A stretch of 64,000 nucleotides of DNA from an uncultured Clostridia bacterium (GTDB taxonomy: Bacteria; Bacillota; Clostridia; Christensenellales; Borkfalkiaceae): the NCBI GenBank assembly GCA_944340905.1, contig CALVLT010000008.1:2173-66172 (forward strand), read 5' to 3'. The notes beneath the pieces were generated by a model. It ran no database searches. It worked only from the letters and a program-made list of their open reading frames with translations, and was not told the DNA's origin. Positions 53,853 through 60,851 of this stretch are shown here, piece by piece (within the stretch, counting starts at the first letter, position 1; the number at the start of each line of letters is the position of its first letter). A program made the translations under genes and the position numbers.

Positions 53853-54146
53853 AACCGTCTGCATACAGCAGGCGGTTTTTTTCTGCGATTCTCACACGCA
53901 GGCGGCGTTTGCCGCCGGTTGCGTGTGACGCGATCGGCGCTTTCGCGCAACGATCGCTATTCCGTCGCTGCGCTCCTTACGTTCGCGTCTTCCCTGCCAA
54001 ACCGTCTGCATACAGCAGGCGGTTTTTTTCTGCGATTCTCACACGCAGGCGGCGTTTGCCGCCGGTTGCGTGTGACGCGATCGGCGCTTTCGCGCAACGA
54101 TCGCTATTCCGTCGCTGCGCTCCTTACGTTCGCGTCTCCCCTGCCA
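53838..54146 (+). repeat. 147-bp tandem direct repeat (2.1 copies) starting inside the tRNA-Trp 3' end
   Basis: Copy 1 (53838..53984) and copy 2 (53985..54131) differ at one base. A third 15-nt partial copy lies at 54132..54146. Each unit starts with the tRNA 3' segment GCGTCT(C/T)CCCTGCCA. Confidence 0.95.
53854..53882 (+). terminator. tRNA-Trp terminator (duplicated at 54001..54029)
   Basis: ACCGTCTGC-ataca-GCAGGCGGT followed by T7. Confidence 0.7.
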
Positions 54147-54157
54147 CAGGTTCCCGC

Positions 54158-54205
54158 CCACAATATATTGTTGGCTGGAACTTCTTTTAGCACAATATAT
54201 TGGCA
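54158..54205. promoter_or_regulatory. pair of NrdR-box-like palindromes, 32 bp apart
   Basis: ccaCAATATATTGttg (54158..54173) and gcaCAATATATTGgca (54190..54205), compared with the NrdR consensus acaCwAtATaTwGtgt. The spacing is the same as for the nrdD boxes at 63131..63178. Confidence 0.45.
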
Positions 54206-54418
54206 AGCGCCCCTAAATAACCCTAAAAGTGGCCCTAAAAATTTTGAAAATGCCACTTTTACCGTGCCTTTCAACCTCTTTCCCGTGCCTGTATTATTGT
54301 AGCGTAAACGAACGATAAAGTCAATTCAATGAAAACTGTTTCGGAAATATTTCCCTGCCGTGCGGAAAACGCCGATGCTTTTTGAGGCAGACATGGCGGC
54401 TGCTGCGTCTTTCAGCGT

Positions 54419-54447
54419 TTGACAAAACGACAAAAATACGGTATAAT
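54419..54447 (+). promoter_or_regulatory. DUF1848 gene promoter
   Basis: TTGACA-N17-TATAAT. A GGAAAGGA SD precedes ATG 54480. Confidence 0.55.
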
Positions 54448-54479
54448 CGATGGAAGATACGCAACACGGAAAGGACAGC

Positions 54480-55421
54480 ATGGTCATCAGCACGGGCATC
54501 AGAACAGACATCGTCAACCACTATTCCGATTGGCTCTTTGAGCGGTTCCGCGAAGGGTTTGTCTATACGCGCAATCCCCTCTTTCCGGGCCGTGTGACAC
54601 GCTACCTCCTTCAGCCGGATAAAGTGGACGCCGTTGTGTTCTGCTCCAAAAACTATGCGCCCGCCCTCGGCAGGCTGCATCAGATCACGGACCGCTACCA
54701 TACCTTTTTCCACTATACAATCACGGCGTTCGGAAGGGACATCGAACCCAACATTCCCGACTTTGACGAGCGCATTGCGACCCTTGCAGAACTTAGCAAA
54801 CTGGTGGGGCGGGAGCGCATTCTGTGGCGGTTCGAGCCTGTCTTTTTCACCGAAAGCTATCCGATGGAGCGCATTCTCGATACCTTTGACCGCCTTGCCG
54901 AACGCATTGCGCCCCACGTGTGCGGCTGCATTCTCGGCTTTGTCGAGGCATTCTTCACCCTGCGTACGCGGCTGCCCGAGATCCAGCCCCTCGACAATGC
55001 GCAAAAGCGGGAATTCGCACGGCGCATCGCACCGATCGCGGAAAAGTATTCCCTGCCCATGCAGTCGTGCGGCTCCTATGCCTCCTATGAGGAATTCGGG
55101 ATCGCGCAGAAAGGATGTTATACGCTCGATAAGATCGGGCGTGCGAACGACTGCACCTTTCGCAGCGTCAGGCACACGGGCAATCACCGCGGCTGCCTTT
55201 GCATCACGAGCCGCGACATCGGCTGGTATGACAGCTGTCCCAACCTCTGCCGCTACTGCAATGCCAACCATTCGGTGGCGGAAGTGCGCGAAAACATGCG
55301 GCGGCACGACCCCCATTCTCCCCTTCTGATCGGCGGACTGAATGATACCGACGAACTGACAGACGGCGTACAGACGAGCTATCTGCGCGACGAGCGGCAG
55401 ATATCCCTCTTTGATCTATAA
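54480..55421 (+). CDS. DUF1848-family protein with C-terminal CX3CX2C motif
   Basis: ATG 54480 (MVISTGIRTDIVNHYSDWLFERF..). The ORF-track ATG 54450 lies only 2 nt after the -10 box. C-terminal CPNLCRYC motif. Confidence 0.7.
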   Translation: MVISTGIRTDIVNHYSDWLFERFREGFVYTRNPLFPGRVTRYLLQPDKVDAVVFCSKNYAPALGRLHQITDRYHTFFHYTITAFGRDIEPNIPDFDERIATLAELSKLVGRERILWRFEPVFFTESYPMERILDTFDRLAERIAPHVCGCILGFVEAFFTLRTRLPEIQPLDNAQKREFARRIAPIAEKYSLPMQSCGSYASYEEFGIAQKGCYTLDKIGRANDCTFRSVRHTGNHRGCLCITSRDIGWYDSCPNLCRYCNANHSVAEVRENMRRHDPHSPLLIGGLNDTDELTDGVQTSYLRDERQISLFDL

Positions 55422-55423
55422 AC

Positions 55424-55453
55424 AAACGGGACACACAGGGCGGTGTCCCGTTT
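55424..55453. terminator. bidirectional terminator between convergent genes
   Basis: AAACGGGACAC-acagggcg-GTGTCCCGTTT (11-bp stem). Confidence 0.75.
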
Positions 55454-55454
55454 G

Positions 55455-56327
55455 CTATTTTGTAAACATTGCGAGGAAGAAACCTTCGTACAGTCCGTCC
55501 GGACAGATGCAAGCCGTTCCGGCGGGCGAGGGCAGCAGCGGAATGTCTTCGGGCAGCGTGAGCGGAACGGGCGTCGCCCCCAGCCGCTGCGCATATGCGG
55601 CGGCCTCCTCGTTCTCCTGCGCAAGAACGGAACAGGTGGAATAGAGCAGCGTTCCCCCTTTTTTCAGGAGGCGGAATGCCTTTTCGAGCAGTTTTCTCTG
55701 CAGACGGACACACCGCGCAAGGTATTCCTCCGTAAAACGGACGCACTCCCCCGCGCCGATGGTGCCCGTTGCCGTACAGGGCGCGTCGAGCAGGATCTTG
55801 TCAAATTTCAATGCATCGTCGAGGGTGAGCGCATCCCGCCGCAGCGCGCTGACCCGCGTCGCCCCCTGTTTTTCCAGGTTATAGCGCAGGCGTTCATAGC
55901 GGATATTGTCGCGCTCACAGGCGGTGATGAGAGCCCGTCCTCCCGAAAGCGCATACAGCTGCGTCGTCTTGCCGCCCGGCGCCGCCGTCATGTCAAGGAT
56001 ATTCTCGCCCGCCTGCGGCCGCAAAAGCAGGGGCGGCAGCATGGAGGAAAGGCTCTGCAGGTAGATTTCCCCGTTCGCATACGCCTGCGTTGCCTCCACC
56101 TCGCGTTCGCGCACGTTCTCCACGATGAGCGCATCGTCATACCATGCCACGGTATGAACGCCGATTCCGTGGGCGGCAAACTCCTCCCGCACGCGCGAAA
56201 CGGTCGTCTTTCCCGTATTCACGCGCAGAGTAACGGGGCGCAGCTTGCCATACCCCTCTTCGATGGATGCAAAAAGCTCCCCGTACGTCTGCTGCAGCCG
56301 TGCGGAGAGCGGCAAAGGAAGATTCAT
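55455..56327 (-). CDS. RsmB/RsmF-like RNA m5C methyltransferase (NOL1/NOP2/Sun family)
   Basis: ATG 56327 overlaps the flavodoxin stop (ATGA). DMTAAPGGKT, LLDAPCTATGT and LLYSTCS motifs. Confidence 0.8.
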   Translation of the reverse strand: MNLPLPLSARLQQTYGELFASIEEGYGKLRPVTLRVNTGKTTVSRVREEFAAHGIGVHTVAWYDDALIVENVREREVEATQAYANGEIYLQSLSSMLPPLLLRPQAGENILDMTAAPGGKTTQLYALSGGRALITACERDNIRYERLRYNLEKQGATRVSALRRDALTLDDALKFDKILLDAPCTATGTIGAGECVRFTEEYLARCVRLQRKLLEKAFRLLKKGGTLLYSTCSVLAQENEEAAAYAQRLGATPVPLTLPEDIPLLPSPAGTACICPDGLYEGFFLAMFTK

Positions 56328-56797
56328 TGTATCTGTGCGACCCAAGCCTTGACGTCTGCCGACGGCGTGAGCTGCGTTCCTCCCTCGAATTTGACGGCAA
56401 AGATCGGCTCGACCTGCGCCCCGCGCAGCGCCTTTCTGAAATCGCTGGGCGTGTGGCCGAGGTCGCTGTCGTATGTGGCGAACGGATATACCTTTTTGCC
56501 CTTCCACTTCACGCAGGACATGAACTTCTTGACGGCGGGCGCATAGCTGCTCCACCAGACAGGTGTTCCGAGCAGAATGGTATCGTACTTGTTTGCATCG
56601 AAGGCGAGCGCCTCGAGCTGCGGCATGTAGCCGCTCCTGACTTCCTTCTGCCCGAGACTGAGCAGAACGTCGTAGTCATCGGGATAGGATTTGACGGTGC
56701 GGATCTCCATGAGGTCCGCCCGCAGAGAGCGCGCGATGCGCCTTGCCACGGCGCGCGTGTTTCCGCTCAACGAATAGAATACGACCAGTTTTTTCAT
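56324..56797 (-). CDS. flavodoxin
   Basis: 157 aa, MKKLVVFYSLSGNTR.., with the typical FMN-binding N-terminus. Confidence 0.8.
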   Translation of the reverse strand: MKKLVVFYSLSGNTRAVARRIARSLRADLMEIRTVKSYPDDYDVLLSLGQKEVRSGYMPQLEALAFDANKYDTILLGTPVWWSSYAPAVKKFMSCVKWKGKKVYPFATYDSDLGHTPSDFRKALRGAQVEPIFAVKFEGGTQLTPSADVKAWVAQIQ

Positions 56798-56824
56798 CTT
56801 TCGCCTCCTGTCCCTGACAATATT

Positions 56825-56853
56825 ATTATATCATAAATTTCAAAATTTGTAAA
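56825..56853 (-). promoter_or_regulatory. flavodoxin operon promoter
   Basis: - strand TTTACA-N17-TATAAT. AGGAGG SD. Confidence 0.45.
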
Positions 56854-56861
56854 GAGTGAAT

Positions 56862-56894
56862 AAAAAAATGCCGCAAATTCGACGGCATTTTTTT
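56862..56894. terminator. bidirectional terminator
   Basis: A7-TGCCG-caaattcga-CGGCA-T7. Confidence 0.65.
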
Positions 56895-56901
56895 GCTGAA
56901 T

Positions 56902-57843
56902 TCAATAGAATGTGGCAAGTTCCTGCTCGGGCGGCGCGTCGTAGGCGATCTCCGACGCCGTGAGCACCGGCCCCTTCTGCCCGTAGACCGAATGGTACAT
57001 GATGTCGATGCGGGCGGTGACGATCACCCAATCGCGCGTCTTGAAGGGAAGATCGGACTTGTGGCGGCATACCAGACCGCTGTAGGCGATGTCCGCCTCG
57101 CAGCACGTCATGATGTGGCGACCGACGACGATGGTCCCCTGTTTCATGCTCTTGTCCACTGCGACAAGCCCCTTGAACCGCACCGTCTTTCCGCGGTATT
57201 TCTCCGTCTCCTCCACGAGATCGCGGTAGAAAAAAGCATAGTCCCTGTCCGCGATCTCAATGATTGGCGCATCGATATCATAGGGCAGCGGGTCCTCGAT
57301 CTCGTCATATTCCGCCTTTCCGCCGAGATATTCGTAGACGATGCCCGGGCGACGGGACATGGCGCGGATGATCTTGTGGTATTCCTCCTTGGAAAATTCG
57401 CCGCGGAACCGGTTGAAAACCACCATGTCGGCATACTGCACCTTGTCGTAGACGAGCTGGCGCATGTTCTGATTGTAGGAGAGGAAGGTCGTCGCGTCAA
57501 AGAAGGTCATCACCTGCGCGATCGCCCAGCCGTCCGGCATGGCGTCGAAAAACTTCTGCAGTTCGCACATGCCGTTGTATTCGACCACGACGCGCTCCGA
57601 GGAATACTTGCTCACAAGGGCGGAGAGCGCCTGCTGCGTCATCTGCTCGGGTGCGAGAAATTCCAGCGCATAGGAGGGATTGGCAAAGCGGGAGTGGTCG
57701 TACTCCTCTTCGCCCTCCTCCATGACAAGCACGAGCGTGCGCTCGCCCGAATCGAAACGCTCATCCTCGAGCGTCTCCTGAATGAACTTGGTCTTGCCCG
57801 AATCGAGAAATCCGAGAAAGAGATAGACGGGTATTTCCAGCAT
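56902..57843 (-). CDS. degenerate COG0523-like N-domain fused to a DUF1980-like C-domain (..MTCCEADIA..)
   Basis: 313 aa with P-loop-like GFLDSGKT. The C-terminus (GLVAVDKS..VVGRHIMTCCEADIAYSG) resembles the CC-x-x-D signature of DUF1980/YcgQ-type proteins, from memory. Confidence 0.55.
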   Translation of the reverse strand: MLEIPVYLFLGFLDSGKTKFIQETLEDERFDSGERTLVLVMEEGEEEYDHSRFANPSYALEFLAPEQMTQQALSALVSKYSSERVVVEYNGMCELQKFFDAMPDGWAIAQVMTFFDATTFLSYNQNMRQLVYDKVQYADMVVFNRFRGEFSKEEYHKIIRAMSRRPGIVYEYLGGKAEYDEIEDPLPYDIDAPIIEIADRDYAFFYRDLVEETEKYRGKTVRFKGLVAVDKSMKQGTIVVGRHIMTCCEADIAYSGLVCRHKSDLPFKTRDWVIVTARIDIMYHSVYGQKGPVLTASEIAYDAPPEQELATFY

Positions 57844-57846
57844 GAT

Positions 57847-58935
57847 TTACCCCAGGAACAGCGCTTTGAGTTTGTCCTCGTCGAGCTGACAGCCGATGAC
57901 GCACAGCCTGCCCGTCACGCAAGGCACGCCCGTGCGCACGTCCGGCTCGCCGGGAACGTAGTCAAAGTACAGCCATTCGCTGCCGCCGTTGACGATCCCC
58001 TTTGCCCGCAGGACCTGTCCGTACTCGCCCGACTCCAGCGCGGCAAGGTGCTGCAAGAGCGCATCCTTTGTGAACGTCTTGCTCGTCTCGACGCCCCAGC
58101 TCGTGAACACTTCGTCCGCATGGTGGTGACCCTCATGCCCGTGCTCATGGTGACAGTGTTCATGGCTGTGTTCGTGATCGTGGTCGTGATGGCAGTGCTC
58201 GTGCTCATCCGTATGATCATCATGATCGTGATGGTCGTGGCAGCAGTGCTCTTCGTCAACATCGTGATCGCCGCCATGGCAGCAGCCGTCATGGTGATGG
58301 TGCTCGTGCGCCGTCTCCTGCGCAAGCTTTTCAAGCTCTGCCGCCAGAGTGTCCTTCTTCTCGATCGCGGCAAGCAGGTCCTTGCCGGAGAGCTGCTGCC
58401 AGTCGGTCGTGACGATGGTGACGTCCGTGTGCTCCCGTAAGAGAGCGACCGCCTCCGCGACCTTCTGCGCGTCCCCCGTGTGCGAGAGCACGATGCAGCC
58501 CGCATGCTCCACCTGATCGAGGAAAAATTCCCCGAAATTTTTCAGATAGCGCTTGCACTTATTGGCATCCACGACGGTGCAGAAGGCGTTGAGCTGCGCC
58601 CCCTCCACGCCGGCGCCCTGAACGGCGCGGATGACGTCGGAAAGCTTGCCCACCCCCGAAGGCTCGATGACAATGCGGTCGGGCGCATATTTTGCGGCGA
58701 CTTCGCGGAGCGCCTTGGCAAAATCCCCGACGAGCGTGCAGCAGATGCAGCCTGAATTCATCTCGGTGATCTCGATGCCGGCGTCCTGCAAAAAGCCGCC
58801 GTCCACGCCGATCTCGCCGAATTCATTCTCGATGAGCACGACCTGCTCGCCCTTGTACACTTCCTGAATGAGCTTTTTGATGAGCGTCGTCTTACCCGCG
58901 CCCAGAAATCCGGAAAAAATATCGATCTTGATCAT
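57847..58935 (-). CDS. COG0523 (CobW/YjiA-type) metallochaperone GTPase with His/Asp/Cys-rich insert
   Basis: GFLGAGKTTL P-loop, the CICCTL (CxCC) metal motif, and a ~64-aa His-rich tract (nt 58117..58308). Confidence 0.85.
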   Translation of the reverse strand: MIKIDIFSGFLGAGKTTLIKKLIQEVYKGEQVVLIENEFGEIGVDGGFLQDAGIEITEMNSGCICCTLVGDFAKALREVAAKYAPDRIVIEPSGVGKLSDVIRAVQGAGVEGAQLNAFCTVVDANKCKRYLKNFGEFFLDQVEHAGCIVLSHTGDAQKVAEAVALLREHTDVTIVTTDWQQLSGKDLLAAIEKKDTLAAELEKLAQETAHEHHHHDGCCHGGDHDVDEEHCCHDHHDHDDHTDEHEHCHHDHDHEHSHEHCHHEHGHEGHHHADEVFTSWGVETSKTFTKDALLQHLAALESGEYGQVLRAKGIVNGGSEWLYFDYVPGEPDVRTGVPCVTGRLCVIGCQLDEDKLKALFLG

Positions 58936-58994
58936 ACCTTATTACCTCACCCGATATTCATACCACGCGCGGGCAGGTTTCAAACGTATTTTTC

Positions 58995-60221
58995 TCAGAA
59001 CGCCCAGTTGCCGCCTTGGAAGATCGCGACCTTTTCCCCGCTCCTGGTGACGCCCGTAATACTCAAATCCTTGCTGCCGATCATGAAATCGACGTGGATC
59101 ATGCTGTCGTTGATGCCGTGTTCCTTGAGCTGCTCGTTGGTCATGTCCTCATAGCCGCGCACGCAGTTGCCGAACCCCCTGCCGAGCGCAAGGTGACAGC
59201 TTGCATTTTCGTCAAAGAGCGTGTTGTAGAAGAGGATCCCGAGGTTGTTGATGGGAGAATCGTAGGCAATGAGCGCGCACTCGCCGAGCATCGCCGCGCC
59301 CTCGTCCATCGAGACCATCTTCTCGAGCAGTTCCTGGTTCTTTTCCGCCTTCACTTCGACCACCTTGCCGTGCGCAAAGCGGACGGAGAAATTCTCGACG
59401 AGCTGACCCTGGTAGGAGAGCGGCTTGGTGGCATACACGATGCCGTCCACATCCCCCGCGCGCGGCGAAGTGAAGATCTCCTCGGAAGGAATGTTCGGAT
59501 TGTAATATCTGCCCTTCAGATCGCTTTCGCCGCCCCCCATGAAGAGCGCATCAGGCAGCAGTCCCACGCGCAGGTCGGTGCCGTTGGACGAATGATATTC
59601 AAGCGCGACAAGCCCGAGGCGGTTGAGGTGATCGCAGCGCTTGGCAAGCTCGTCATTGTGGCGCGCCCATGCGCGCACGGGGTCCGGCCCGTCCGCACGC
59701 GACGCCTTGAGAATGGCGTCCCACAGCGCATCGACGGCGCGGTTCACCTGCATGTGCGGGAACACCTTTTTCGCCCACGCCTTGCCGGGAACGGCAGCGA
59801 TGCACCACGGGTATTGATTCTCCATTTGATCGCGGTAGGGCTTGATGATCTTCATGCGACCGATGGTGACGGTGCGCATCTTCTCCTGATCGACGCCGGC
59901 AAGCCCGTCCGGATCCTCGGAGATGATATGCAGCATGGAGGGCAGTTCCTTGGTGTACAGCTCCCAGCGCGCCTGCTCCCATGCGGGAACGGCGGAGAGC
60001 ACTTCCGGCTTTTCATACTTGTACTTCAGCTTGGTGAGCGGCTGGTGCGACCACTCCACCGTGACCTTTCCCGCGCCCGCGCGGTACAATTCTTCCACCA
60101 CCCATTCCACGAATTCCGGCTGGTCGAGGCCCGCATTGACGATCACCCACTGTCCGCGCCTGACATTGATCCCCGTCTTGGCAAGCAGTTTTGCATAGCG
60201 TTTGAGTTGCAGCTTATTCAT
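58995..60221 (-). CDS. M29-family aminopeptidase (AmpS/PepS-like)
   Basis: ATG 60221 (MNKLQLKRYAKLLAKTGINV..) with a GGAGGA SD, 408 aa. Confidence 0.85.
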   Translation of the reverse strand: MNKLQLKRYAKLLAKTGINVRRGQWVIVNAGLDQPEFVEWVVEELYRAGAGKVTVEWSHQPLTKLKYKYEKPEVLSAVPAWEQARWELYTKELPSMLHIISEDPDGLAGVDQEKMRTVTIGRMKIIKPYRDQMENQYPWCIAAVPGKAWAKKVFPHMQVNRAVDALWDAILKASRADGPDPVRAWARHNDELAKRCDHLNRLGLVALEYHSSNGTDLRVGLLPDALFMGGGESDLKGRYYNPNIPSEEIFTSPRAGDVDGIVYATKPLSYQGQLVENFSVRFAHGKVVEVKAEKNQELLEKMVSMDEGAAMLGECALIAYDSPINNLGILFYNTLFDENASCHLALGRGFGNCVRGYEDMTNEQLKEHGINDSMIHVDFMIGSKDLSITGVTRSGEKVAIFQGGNWAF

Positions 60222-60251
60222 AATATCCTCCGTATACGGCTTTTTTGCACC

Positions 60252-60280
60252 ATTATAACGCATCCGCGCAAAATAGTCAA
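60252..60280 (-). promoter_or_regulatory. aminopeptidase promoter
   Basis: - strand TTGACT-N17-TATAAT. Confidence 0.5.
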
Positions 60281-60325
60281 TCCCTGCAGACACAATAAAA
60301 AATGCGGGAACCTGCCCGCATCTTC

Positions 60326-60351
60326 TATATTATGTCAGATATAGTACTACG
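60326..60351 (-). repeat. dispersed AT-rich quasi-palindrome, copy 5 (last codons and stop of nrdG)
   Basis: - strand CGT AGTACTATATC T GACATAATATA. Confidence 0.9.
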
Positions 60352-60851
60352 TTCCCGCTCGATAATGTGCGTTTCACATCGATGACACGTTGATTGGAGG
60401 AGCCGCGGAACACCAAACGGATATCCTTGAGTTCCTCCACAAAGCGGCCGTCCACGAGCACGTCCAGAAGCGAGATCAGCTCGCGCGTCACTTCACAGTT
60501 CGCCTGCTCCTCTTCCAGCGCCCCATCGAGGAGGGTGTAGCCCGTATAGCACCAGATGCTCTTTTGCGGAAAGCTCCTGCGCACTTCGCGCACGAAAGGC
60601 AGCAGCGCGCGCTGGTTCTCCGGTTCCATGGGGTCCCCGCCAAGCAGCGTCAGCCCCGCAATGTAATCGGGCGCGAGCGCCTCGAGCAGTTCCTCCTGCG
60701 TTTCCTCGGTAAACGGTTTGCCGTAAGCAAAATCCCAGGTCACTTTGTTGAAACAGTTCTTGCAGTGCCTCCGGCAGCCGGAAACGAAGAGAGAGACGCG
60801 CACCCCCTCTCCGTTCGCAATATCCGTCTTTTTGATCTCGGCGTAATTCAT
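60330..60851 (-). CDS. nrdG: anaerobic ribonucleotide reductase activating protein
   Basis: Radical-SAM CRRHCKNC (CX3CX2C) motif and FRGSSNQRVIDV. The start overlaps the nrdD stop (TAATG). Confidence 0.9.
   Translation of the reverse strand: MNYAEIKKTDIANGEGVRVSLFVSGCRRHCKNCFNKVTWDFAYGKPFTEETQEELLEALAPDYIAGLTLLGGDPMEPENQRALLPFVREVRRSFPQKSIWCYTGYTLLDGALEEEQANCEVTRELISLLDVLVDGRFVEELKDIRLVFRGSSNQRVIDVKRTLSSGNVVLYLT

Noticed and set aside
53838-54146. Possible CRISPR array, the only tandem repeat in the window.
   Set aside because: There are only 2.1 copies of a 147-bp unit with no unique spacers between short repeats, and no cas genes. The repeat starts inside a tRNA gene.
54211-54239. The telomere-like CCCTAAA x3 as a eukaryotic contaminant signal.
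   Set aside because: There are only three non-contiguous copies embedded in bacterial intergenic DNA between a bacterial tRNA and a bacterial promoter. They are reported only as a possible protein-binding repeat in the NrdR-box finding.
58117-58308. The CAC/CAT/GAC-rich repetitive stretch as a DNA-level microsatellite or repeat element.
   Set aside because: It is the in-frame His/Asp-rich insert of the COG0523 GTPase. It is irregular at the nucleotide level and typical for this protein family.
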